A stretch of 64,000 bases of DNA from Chiloscyllium plagiosum. Its lineage: Eukaryota. The notes below the pieces were generated by a model. That model was not told where the DNA came from and searched no databases. It saw only the letters and a list, made by a program, of their open reading frames with translations. Position numbers and translations under genes: made by a program. Location: the NCBI RefSeq assembly GCF_004010195.1, contig NC_057719.1, forward strand, positions 75,780,064-75,844,063, given 5' to 3'. Positions 40,216 through 51,782 of the stretch are shown piece by piece (position 1 is the first letter of the stretch; the number at the start of each line of letters is the position of its first letter).

Positions 40216-42529
40216 GTGGAGTACTCGCCAGAATGAGCCACTGCTGAAGACCCTCCTCTCTCCTTCCTTCTTTCCCTCTCTCTGATCTCCCCCTCCCTCT
40301 CTCTCTTTGTCTTGTTTGATTGCTTGATTCCCAAGAGATATTTTAACACTGCTGCACTCTCGCAGTCAGATCTGTCACATGCTGCCCATTTCGATCTTGG
40401 CCCATTAGGGAGCTTCTAACCTGACCCACCACCACTGCTCCAATTAACCTGCCAACTCTGAGCCCTTCGCAATGACGCTGCGCCTTTTTGTCCTGTTGCC
40501 GACAGCCCACCTGCCTCTTGAGCCCCAGCAGAAAGGAAGGCACGTGAGAGAAAGTGTCACTCAGTGTGCTGGTCTGACCTCGGTCCATGCAGGCTGAATG
40601 CAGTCCGCCTCAGCCCCTTGGTTTAACTGAACATACCTCTGAGCTGCTTCAAGCAGAGTGTTGCTGCCTGGCTAATGGGGGAGAGCCATTGTGTGTTCAC
40701 ACCTTCAAACATCATGAATCATGGCATCCCAGCCTGGCGAGAGGGCAAGGCCTGACCAGCCCCAACACCGTGCTTGTGGTATTGCTTGGATGTCAGTCAC
40801 CAGAAAGAAATAGCCTTGGCAGCTGCTCCTTTTTAGAGTTGGTTTTGTTCACTGCTGCTGGCAGGGACATCACATTCAAATTGGTGTGTGACCATAAAGG
40901 CCAAGACAACCTTCACTGGGAACATTGCACAGTAAAAGCCTCACCGTAGAAGGTACAGCGTGAAATTAAGACAACACTTGTCCACATTCAGTAGCCTGTG
41001 CCAAGTGTGCAATGTCATGGAAGTGAAGAGTGTAGACATTTTCAATGCTGTACAGCTGAATATTAACCAGTAAGAAAGGAATCCCAGATCAAAAACAAAG
41101 GGATTTCAGCATAAAATTACTTTTCATTCTGCACAGACCCAGCAAACGTAAAAGTATCTCACTGTTTCTGTGTGGTTTCAAGTTGCGGGTCAAATTGCAG
41201 TTGAAGGGGAGGATTGAACAGAAACAGCATGGGACATTAGGGGAATCTGGTGCTGTAGTATATGACTGACAGCTTGAGGAATGCCCCGTAATTTGCAGTA
41301 CCCATAATCCCGAATGTTGGAGGCAGGAACAGGTCACAGTTGCATCCTGAGCATCCGCACTAGAGCTCTGATGGTCCTGAGAGGGCACCAACCTGTTCTG
41401 CAGTGTTTCCAATCAGTTCATGACCCAAGCTGGAGGGACCTGATGGCCTCAGAGACCAATATAAACCATTGGCAAATTAAACACACAGAACATGAATCCC
41501 TTCACTTTTAGCAAGAGAAACTAGAAGTGGCAGCAGGAAGGACTTGATAGCAGAGTGCTTATGGTGCTGAAACTATCAGCCAAATACCTGGCTGACATGA
41601 TCCATGCGATGTGAATTCAAATCTCGCCATTGCAAACTTAAGAATTGGAATTAAATGTTTTTGATAAAAAATTGTTCAACATTTCTGATGCATTAATTTA
41701 TTGAAATATAAATTACCCAATCATTTTGTGACTCCAATTCCACATCAATCTGGTTGATGTATCTTCCAGGCAGTGGTCCGGCTAGTTCTGAGTCACGCAA
41801 GAGCTGGCCGTGAACCTCTGAGGTTTAAATCCGGGTTGCAATTTGATGGAGAGAAGGGTCTGTTTCCACGCTGTATGACTCTGTGACTCTAAGACTGGCG
41901 AGAACAAGCTAGCTTAGAGCAAGTGAGCTAGCATTGAAGGCAGCTCACTGATCTCGAGACCATTGCCTTTAGGAAAGTCTCTTGAGTTAGTTCTGAGCTC
42001 TGTAGAAATAACCACATGTTACATGCTCGAAATACCTCCTCCATCTCTCCTGGCTGACTGCAACAGGATTTCATTAGGCAAGAATGCAGCGGCGAAGGAA
42101 ACTAAATTAAATTAAAAACTGGAAACTCTGCCCTGAGTTAATCATTGACTTAATTAAGTTGGCTTCAGGACACAGCTACTCAGAGTTGGGCATTTGAAGG
42201 GTTTGGCAGGTATATGACTGGAAACTCCTGTCATTCCTTGACCAGTCTTTGCTATAAGGAGGAGCTGAGTTTGGTGGGGGGAAGAGGGGTTGCGGGGAGC
42301 AGTGTGGGAGATGGTGCGGGGATGGGGTGGGTGGAAGAAAGGAGGCCTGAATTTGGCTCTAACCTGTTCTACTAATAAGCCAAGAAAATGGTGGCATGTG
42401 ACACCAATCTGGGTGTGCTGCAGGCTGCCTCCCACTAACCGTCAAGCAAGTTTACAAAAAAAATCGCATGTGTGACTGCAGTGGTTTTGTAGCAACCCAT
42501 TGTACATTTTCTTTCTTATATCCTTACAG

Positions 42530-42633
42530 GAAAGCCATAAGCGTTAAAATAAATGATGCTGAGGAATACGAAAAGCAAGAACATTTCTTCATTGTGCTTG
42601 GTGAACCGAAATGGATGAAACGAGGAATATCAG
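42530..42633 (+). CDS. SLC8A3: Na+/Ca2+ exchanger CBD2 mutually exclusive exon B (104 nt; KAISVKINDAEEYEKQEHFFIVLGEPKWMKRGIS)
   Basis: Acceptor ttttctttcttatatccttacag|G and donor CAG|gtgtga. The translation parallels exon A and resembles NCX3 exon B (EEYERQENFFIALGEPKWMERGIS). Same phase as exon A. Not captured in the ORF track. Confidence 0.9.
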
Positions 42634-43879
42634 GTGTGAGATCCTGAGATGTAACGTCTTTTTTTTTGACAAAATCTATTATTTTTCCTCCTGTATTCCC
42701 GCTCTCACCCTGTTTCGGTCATCTACGCCTAGTGCTTTTTTTGTTTCTCTCCTAGACAATGTGTACTATTGCCTCGGCCTAGATGATTATTTGTACATAT
42801 TGCCTCATCCCCGTGAGGGTGTGAGGTGGCCTCTTTATTTCTGTAAGCTGGGCTCCAAAAGTTCCGAGGCAATGCACATGTCTCCATTTTCCTGTGATCA
42901 GCTTAATTCTGTTGCTCTTTTATTCATCGTCTTTTTTTTGCAACAAAGAAAATCAACTTTAGCATCCTTCTGAGATGCGTCCCAGCCAATCGGCCATTCA
43001 TAGCCATTACTGAGGAGACAGCAACCCCTCCATTCGAGCAGCTAAAGATGTCGTTTAAGCATTTGTTGTCGCCAGAGTTACACATCGATCTTGCAGAAGC
43101 CACGTGCATGGTGTTTTCCTAAGTTTACTGCATTAAAACACATGCTTGGTTCCGATAGTGATGAGTGATGACCTTGCCACAGACAATTGAATAAACAGAG
43201 AATGGTCTAAGTTACTGCATCCAGTGTCATAATCCTATTTTATGTTCCATTTTCCCCTCATGTTTCTTTCCCCTTCTCTCTCCTGGGGAAAATGGAGTAG
43301 ACAGCATTGCTGCACCCAGAGCAAAGAGGATACGGTGGTCAGGTTCACAGTAGAGTGGTTCAGAATTTTAATCGACCAGGGAGAAGGTGAATTGTTTTCT
43401 CTGGTGGGAGGGTACAGATTTAAGGTGATTGGCAAAAGAGGGAAGATGAAGAGAGATGTATTTGTGCACAGCGATTGGTTGTGATCTGAAAGGCACTGCC
43501 TGAAAGGCCAATGGAATAGCAACTTCTGAAAGGAACTTGTAGAAACGTTTGGACAGTAACATCTACAGGACTATGGGCAAAGAGCAGGCAGGAGGGAATA
43601 GCTGAATAATTCTTTCATAAAGGTAGAGCCAGCAAGGTTATTACTGTACTTTGCCATGACCACATTACAATTTTTAGGTTAAGAAAAGTGTTCTGTACCA
43701 TCTGAGTCTTTGAGCCAGAAGTAATTGTTTTCAGAGAAACGGAACAGTAGTTAGAATGCGGGGGGAGGTGGGGTGTGTGTTATAAGCTGTTTAGTGGGAG
43801 AATCTTTAACCTCTCTTGTGATTGAAGGTCAAGCTGTGAAGAATCAGACACTTGGTGAGCTGTCTTCTTCTGCAGTGTG

Positions 43880-44265
43880 CAGTTCTTGGGTAAACAGAGG
43901 CTTAAAGGTGACCTTACAGAAGTTTATAAAATCATGAGGGGCTTGGATAGGGTGAATAGCAAAGGTCTATTTCCTATGATGGAGTCCAGAACTAGAGGGG
44001 TTTAAGGTAAGAGGGGAAAGATTTAAAAGAGACCTAAGGGCTACAGAGGATAGTGCGCATAATGAATGAGCTGCCAGAGGAGGTGGTGGAGGCTGGTACA
44101 ATTATGACATTTAAAGGCAACTGGTTGGGTATATGAATAGGAAGGGTTTGAAGAGATATGGGCCAAATGCTGGCAAATGAGACTAGATTAATTTAGGATA
44201 TCTGGTCAGCATGGATTAATCAGACTGAATGATCTGTTTCCATGATGTGCATCTGTGTGACTCTA
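43880..44265 (+). mobile_element. CR1/HER1 3' fragment
   Basis: GDLTEVYKIMRG..., with the tail ending gtgactctaag. An older fragment lies at about 43330-43620. Confidence 0.8.
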
Positions 44266-46776
44266 AGAGAAGCTCAAGTGGATTACAACAGGACCTGCTC
44301 TTGGCTTGCTCAGCGCATACATTGAGGCATTTCATAGCAAAAGTCAACAATGGCAGGACTTAGACTCTTCTTTGATATTTATAATTTGTTGTGATGTTGT
44401 GAGGCTCTCTACCATGAACTTTGAGAACCAAAGGTACTAACCCAAGATTCACAGCATATGTTCAGGCAAAGGCTGCAAAAGCAGAGGAGCTCAAAGCTGT
44501 GAATATCACTGATCTGTATCATCTGTAGAGTACAAACATCCTGGAGCCACTGAAACCTGGAATGAGTTCTCAGCAAAGTGAAAGGTGTCACACAATAAAG
44601 TGAGGGGTAACAGCATCGAGATTAGGGTCACATTATAGCATGGGGTGTCACAGTATAGGGCAAGTGAGTAGTCACAATTGTTTCAGGTGGGGTCACAGTA
44701 TGGAGTGAGGATTCACAGTATAGGATGAGAGACTACAAATAGGGAAAGGTGTATCTCAGAGGAGCGTAGCTTAAAATCTTGGCAAGGGCCATTTCTGACC
44801 TATCACAATGAATGGCTTTTATCTCTCCCCATGCTTTCAGTTACTTCCCCACTAGGAACCAATGACAAAGTTGCCCCATGAGTAAAGCTTATGCCTGGTA
44901 TAAAGTAATCAATCAGGTTTCACAACCTATTTGGCATGTTCTGTAACCATGAATGGGAGCTCTGCCTCAGCAGTGTCGTTGGGAGAACATTGTGCACGTG
45001 TTGTCTTGAACATTTGAAAGTAGAAATCAAAACCTCCAAAATTCAGTTTCAAAAGAACACGTTTTATTCTGATTGCTTCTGTGACAGATTTACCTATTAA
45101 AATCATTCATAACTTCCAAACACAGTTTACAGTTACTTAATGAAATACTCAACAATGTTCAACTCCCTTTTTGATTAATGAAATGCTGTTTATCTTTTTA
45201 GAGGAGGAACGTATTAAACAAGCTCTTTTAATTTGCAGCTTTCAGATTGTTGATTATTTTCATTGGTAAATGAAAAGTGTCAACATTCCGTGCTGGGATT
45301 CAGCCGGAAGTTAGCTTTCAGTTTCTAGAGGGTTGAATAATAAGTACAAAGGGGTTGCTGTCTCTTTAAAAACACTTCATTTGTGCTTGTGATAGTGCTG
45401 TTACCAGTTAAGTACACTTCTGCACCTGTTTGCTTTTCCGTTCTGTCGCTGTCTTGCCTGTTGAATGACCGGAATGTGTTGTGTTTTGGTTTGGTTAAAT
45501 AAAGCATGCCAGCAACACTGAGACTTAACATGGCAGAAACTACCAAATGTGGAGGCCCTGCAGGTTTGACAAAGCAATGGTACCATTCATGTGATCTACA
45601 CAAACTGGATTCACTTCAAAGCAATCATGTAAACATCTAACTTGCACAGTGTTTCCCCTCCTCGAGTACTTTGGCCTTCTTGGGAACTTTGCATCCTTTT
45701 GTTGCTTTGGCAATATTAAAGGTTGCATTGAAAAAAGGTGGAGGAGTCAGTAACCTCTGATTTGCAAAGCTCTTTATGCATACTGCGAAGATTTAAAAAG
45801 CGGTGACTACAGTCAGAAATTGGTCATTGCGACCTGCTTTGTTTTGGAAAGAAGTGACACTATGTTGTGGGGTAGGGGAGGGGAGAAGGTTGACATCTAA
45901 TTGCTTCACATTAGCCAAAAAGCAGGACTCAAATCATTTCTAAAGAGGTCCATCCAATGTCTCTTGTTTGTATTTATCATTTTGAATGTGATCTGGAGTT
46001 CTGAGTGTGGGCAGTGTTGGTCCAGAACTTTGGCTTGCTTTTACTTATTCCTCAAGTTAAGGCAAGATACACTACCGGGTGTGAGTCACCTCAAGCCAAA
46101 AATAGTTTGTGAGCAAGGAAATCCTAAACAGGTGTCCTTTCCAAAGAAAACGAGATTTCCATGAAGCTGCACACTTTTTCCATTCTGTGATCTAAAATGA
46201 TTTCTGGTGTGTACACTTTATGCATATTGTTGGTAGCTGTCTATTAGTTGTCTAAGATGTTGAGGTATTGCCACAGCAAAGATTTGATTCCCTGCCCTTT
46301 CCTGACCCTTGACCTGTTGAGATCTTTCTTTCAGTTGCCCTTCTGCACAGGGCAGCTATCTCCTCACGCTGAGAAGAATATGAGGGAAGGCAGACATCAC
46401 CTCTGAGTAGCTGACTCAATAAGGATTTGCACAAAAAGCTTGGGCCTGACCATTTTCACCTCATGGCCTTGGGTCACGTGACCACAAGATGTGGCAGACC
46501 AGCAACAGAAAAATGCACAGCAGATCTGAAGAAGACCCATACTGGACTCAAAATGTGGCCACTGTTACTCTCTCCACAGGAGCTACCAGACCTACTGAGT
46601 TTCTCCAACTTAATGCGGCTTTTTATATTTGTTGTAACCAAATTTTTATCACAGATTGAGAAAAAGATTTTGAAATGATTTTACTTTGGTCTTCTCTTTA
46701 ACATGTGACCAAGACGTTACAATTTTTTGCAAGATGAGATATCTTCTGGAGAAGCTGTGCAAAACTAAGTGGCCAG

Positions 46777-47000
46777 GCGAAAGTGAGGACTGCAGATGCT
46801 GGAGATTAGCGTCGAGATTGTGGTGCTGGAAAAGCACAGCCGGTCAGGCAGCATCTGAGGAGCAGGAAAATCAACATTTTGGGCAAAAGCCCTTCATCAG
46901 GAAGGAAGACATTCCTGATGAAGGGCTTTTGCCTGAAACGTCGATTTTCCTGCTCCTCGGATGCTGCCTGACCTGCTGTGCTTTTCCAGCACCACACTCC
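46777..47000. mobile_element. Short palindromic PLE-derived element
   Basis: Perfect 17-bp TSD CAAAACTAAGTGGCCAG at 46760-46776 and 47001-47017. Inverted arms of about 85 bp. Confidence 0.88.
46911..46946 (+). ncRNA. Minimal type I hammerhead ribozyme motif
   Basis: AUUC-CUGAUGA-A-GGGC-UUUU-GCCU-GAAA-CGUC-GAUU: intact core, palindromic ACGU, GUC triplet. Confidence 0.7.
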
Positions 47001-47364
47001 CAAAACTAAGTGGCCAGCCACTACACACTGTGTATTGTAGTCAAACTCCTGTTCTGTTTGTTTTACTTTGGATTGTTTGAAATCCAGCCTGTGCATGTCA
47101 ATCTGAATGGATACTGTTGACTCCCCGTGTTTGACTCATTATCTAATCCCTACGTACAGCAAGCGGTTGCTACAAACGAGTCATTCTTAAGATAACCAGG
47201 AATGTTTTATTTGATATGGAACAGTATCTTGGAAATTGTGCAGCACCCTTCATTCGGTGACATGAATTTCAATATTTCAAGTGATACTGCTGAAACATTT
47301 AGAAGCCACAATGGTTTATTTGATGGACATTTATCTCCCAAGTCAAGTTCCAATACATAAGATG

Positions 47365-47550
47365 TGGAGGAGCCAGTGCTGGATTGGGGTGGTCATATAA
47401 TCAGGTTATATTTGGGAGGTTTATTTGGAAGCAGTAGCTTTCGGAGTACTGCTTCTTCACCATCACCTGATGAAGGAGCAGTGTTACGAAAGCTAGTGCT
47501 TCCAAATAAACCAGTTGGACTATAACCTGGTGCTGTATGATTTTTAACTT
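47365..47550. mobile_element. Short palindromic element of the second family
   Basis: caggttata..aggtttatttggaagc pairs with gcttccaaataaacc..tataacctg. Flanks atacataagatg and atacagaagatg look like a TSD. Confidence 0.8.
47464..47498 (+). ncRNA. Minimal type I hammerhead ribozyme motif
   Basis: CAC-CUGAUGA-A-GGAGC-AGU-GUUAC-GAAA-GCUA-GUG: stem I CAC/GUG, intact core, palindromic stem III AGCU, CUA cleavage triplet. One mismatch in stem II. Activity untested. Confidence 0.7.
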
Positions 47551-47799
47551 CATACAGAAGATGGCTTCGCTCGACTTCTTTATGTACATATCCTGATGAA
47601 GGCAAGTACAGTTCTGAGCCCAATTTGATCCAGTTTAACAATTTGCATTTTTTTTAAGTTTTACCCAATTTCAGGATGTGGACATTGCTGGTCAGGTCAG
47701 CATATATTGCCCCTAACTCACTGCCCTGGAAAAGGTGGTGGTGAGCTGCCTTCTTGAACTGCTACAGACCTTGCAGTGTAAGGATATAAATTAATTACC

Positions 47800-48480
47800 A
47801 TGGTGCTGCTCCTGGCCTGGGCTTTTGGTTCTACTCCTGACACAAGCTCAACAACCCCATACACTCCCTCGATCAGAGCACAGTTGCCCCTTCACCTCCT
47901 CTTGCTCACCATCCAAGGGCCTAAACAGCATTTCACCTGTACCTCCTCCAACCTTGTGTATTTCATTTGCTGCATCCAATATTACCCGACCCCACACTGG
48001 ATACTAAAACCCAATCGGGTTTGCATTTATTGGTCATTTTAACACAGTGGCCTACATGTCCTTGGCATGCTGCAGTACTCCAGTAAGTCACGGTGCAAAC
48101 TGGAGGAACAATATCACATCTTCAGACTGGAGAATTTACAGCTTTCTGGGCTCAATGTTGTGTTCAACACCTTCAAACTGTGAAGCCATTCCTTCCCTTT
48201 CGTTTAGTTTTGCTTGTTAGATTCACTGTTGGCCTGTCTCCCCTTTTCCCATTGTTCTGCCGTTCTCAAATTCCCATCACTTAATCTGAACTATCAACAT
48301 CTTTTCTCCCCCCCAGCACTCTACCCTGTCCCCCCACACTATTGCATAAATGCTGCCCCCTCCACACTTCACTTCAGCTCTGGTGAAGAGTCATCCAGAC
48401 TCGAAATGTGAGCTTGCTCTTTCTCCATGGATGCTGCTTGGCCCACTGTGACCTCCAGCATTTTTTTCTTTTCAGTTCCC
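47800..48480 (+). mobile_element. Degenerate Penelope 3' fragment with terminal repeat
   Basis: IQGPKQHFTCTSSNLVYFICC aligns with the 60230-60300 region. A degenerate HHR lies at 48377-48413. Confidence 0.75.
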
Positions 48481-49040
48481 TTGATCCTACCTCTTTTGCC
48501 AAGCTTTTAGTGACTTGTCTGAATATCTCTTTCTTTATTTTGGTGTCAGCCTTTGACTGATTATGCAACATCTTCAGCCTTTTTAACAAAAGGTGCTGTC
48601 TCAATGCCTCCCAAAAAAATTTGGATCAGACATTTGAAATACATCTTAGATACCATGTCACAGTAACTGCAGAAGCATTCAGTAACCAGCTGAGCAATAT
48701 AGCTCAAATCAACTGTAAAAATAAATGCCTTTTACTTTATGCCTTGATCAGGATATAACTGTATTGCATAATGTTCAAAACACATATATTTCTGACTGTT
48801 CCATATCATTAAAGTGCTAGTTCAGATGTGTAAATGAAATACATTTTGATATATAACATGTAATATTATGGCAGTAACAATGGAATTAAAGTGCCAACTG
48901 TTTCAAGCCAATGAATGGAAATGGGCTGAGAGTATTTGGTAGCTGCAGTACACATGTTCTGTACCAAGTGAAAATGGAAGGCTGCAAGAAATTGTAACTG
49001 AAATTTGATCCTTTCTCTCTTTCCTTCTCTTTCTCCACAG

Positions 49041-49058
49041 CGCTCTTACTGGCACAGG
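49041..49058 (+). CDS. SLC8A3: 18-nt cassette microexon C (ALLLAQ)
   Basis: Long pyrimidine tract ending ctccacag|CGCTCTTACTGGCACAGG|gtaagc. In phase with the terminal G of exon A or B it gives ALLLAQ, matching NCX exon C (ALLLSP in NCX3, ALLLNQ in NCX2, ALLLNEL in NCX1). Confidence 0.85.
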
Positions 49059-50019
49059 GTAAGCAGAACTTTCTTTGGCTTTTTTTCAAATACATTTCTA
49101 TTTAACGTGAAGGTCTGCTTTGAAAATGCAAGTTATGGCAGCAATATGACTCCACTTGTACAAAGTTGGAGTTTATACACCTTCAAAATGGTATGTGGTT
49201 TTCACCCAGGAAATGTCATGCATGCCAATTTGGGAACATAGAGGGGTCTTCACAGATCTCACAGCATCAGCGGAACTTGGCATGCAGTTGGCACAGATTG
49301 AAATACTGATACAAATTTTCTGATTGCATTTGTCCTGTAAGACATTCTGCCATCACATGCATGTTTGAAAAATGTGCCCTTAGTTACACTCCCACGACTA
49401 GAAGGAAGGAATTAATGCAGCAATTTGTGACACAGTGATATCCTTCACCACCAGAATCTCATTCATTGAGAGAAGAGAGTAGTGTGCTGCTTCCTATATT
49501 TGTACACCTCCTAATTCAACTGACAGAGCAAGACAGTGCATTCCTTCAGCCAGGCACTGTTATTTATCTTCCCCTTCCTCAGCTGATATGCTGGAAAGAC
49601 GTAGCTCAGGGGTCTACAACCCATCGTTCATCAGCCAATTGTGGTTCATTCATGAACACCACACTCGTGTTCACCCTGCCCAGATATTGAAAAGCCCTCC
49701 AAAGAATTAAAATGGTTTCTTATAATTTAACCTTCTAATTAATACATTATGCCCAATTCACCCTGTCTCTTTTTTTTAATGTGCAGTGGCATTTGAGTAA
49801 CACCACTGCAGCCTTTTTGGCCAAATTTTTAAAAATGACCTTTGTTGTTATTGAGGTTGCTGATTGTGGGCCTACACAGTAGAGTCATTAGTAGCAGTCA
49901 GTAGTATTCTGTGACCAACCTCCATAGCTCTGGCTTTGACAAGCCAGCTGAGAACAAAATAATGGGGACACCGTAGAAAATCAGTTAAAAAACCAATCTG
50001 CAAAAAAAGTTGATAACGC

Positions 50020-50850
50020 AAGTGTTCAGGGTGACTCAGAGAGACTGCAGAGGGACATAAACATTTGGGCCAAAGCTTGGCAGGTGGAATATAATGTCAG
50101 GTTATGCACTTTGGCAAGAAGAATAGAGGAGCTGAACATTATTTAAATGGAAAAGGTCTGCAGAGCTACAGCACAGAAATGTATAAAATCAAGCACAAAT
50201 CACACAAAGCTAGCATCCAAGTTCAACAGGTAATAGGGAAGGCAAATGGAATATTTGCCTTAATTTCAATGTGAGTGGTATGTAAAAGAAGGGGGGTTTA
50301 GCTATAAGTATGGAAAGCAGTAATCAGATCATAGCTGGAATACTGTGAACAGTTTTGGACCCCTTATCTAAGAAAATATTCATTGGAGACAGTCCAGAGA
50401 AAGCTGATCCCAAGTATGGTCTTATCAGAGGTTGAGTAGGTTGGGCCTGTACCCATTGGAATTTAGAAGAATGAGAGATCCCATTATTGAAACATACAGG
50501 ATTCTTAGGGGATTTGACAGAGTGAATGCAGAAAGGTTGTTTCCCCTGTGGGGGAGTCTAAGACCACAGTGAATAATCTCAGAGTAAGAGATTGCCCATT
50601 TAAGAAAGAGATGAAGAGAAATGTCTTCTCTCAAATGGTAATGAAGCTGTGAAATTCTTTACTACCGAGGGCTGTAGAGGCTGGATCATTACATACATTC
50701 AAGGCTGAGATAGACAGACAGATGTTTTATCAGTAAGGGATTTAAGGGTTATGGGGAAAAGGCAGGAAAATGTGATTGAGGATTTTCAGATCTGCCATGG
50801 TGTCATTGAATGACAGAGCAGACTCAATGGGCTGAATGGCCTGCTCCTAT
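50020..50850 (+). mobile_element. CR1 3' fragment
   Basis: LQRDIN..WAKAWQVEYN, EYCEQFWTPYLR, DPIIETYRILRG and the tail. Confidence 0.85.
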
Positions 50851-51715
50851 GGCCTAAAATATTCTCAATGTTAGAATCTGGATTAACCATTAAATCCAAT
50901 ATGAATCATTTTCTCCTGGGATTACCTACTCCCAGTACTGGTCACTTTGTCAATCAAACCCTCTCCTTCCAGATACCTGATTGGCACATGTTTATTTTTT
51001 GATTCAATGCATTATTTCCACAGTTATGCATGTGATTGTGGTGAACCAAAATATGTCTTTATGATGGTCAAACTTAAAATTAAGGATTGTAATTTATTTA
51101 CTGGCTATCCTATATTCTGAGTGTCTATCTCTTCAGATGATTCGTGAGGAGATGCTGGGCTGAAATTGCACTGTTCACAGCAGATCATTTCACTTGAAAT
51201 GGGTTAATTGTGGCCTTAAAGTAGCAGACAATGAAATGTCGTATGAAGATATTTGTTATCACTGCACCACATAATCTCCCCCAAAAGGCTTACATTTCCA
51301 GATATTTTAGTCCCCTTGTCCTTCCTCTTCCCCGATTGTTCTGTCAATATTTTATTCTGCTATTTAATGATGAACTTTCTCTCGAAGATCACAGTTTTGA
51401 ACAAGCTTGTTGTGAATAATGGTTTGCTCATTGTGTAATTCATGACAAAATGAAAAATGCAGTGAATGGATTCAAATACTAGTATGTTTGGTCTCCTTTT
51501 CTGTCTGTGCTATGTGCTCTGCAATATAACGTGGAATGATAACATCCCTGCGTGAGATAGATGTTTGGAGAGAGGCTGAATTAGCAGCCTTTTCCTTTAT
51601 TGAATTATTCTGTGTGAGCGACATTGAAATGCCTTCTGAAAGCAAAGGCAGCCTTCCCATCAGCCAATAGAATAGATTCGTACTCTCACATATCTGTGGG
51701 TCCCGGTTCTGTCAG

Positions 51716-51782
51716 AGTGTGTGTGTGTGCGTGCGTGTGTGTGTGTGTGTGGTGTGTGTGTGTGGTGTGTGTGTGTGTGTGT
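51716..51782. repeat. (GT)n microsatellite
   Basis: Imperfect GT dinucleotide run. Confidence 0.95.

Noticed and set aside
39963..40247. 94-aa ORF as a complete gene
   Set aside because: Only 40109-40215 is NCX-like and bounded by splice sites; the rest is intronic read-through.
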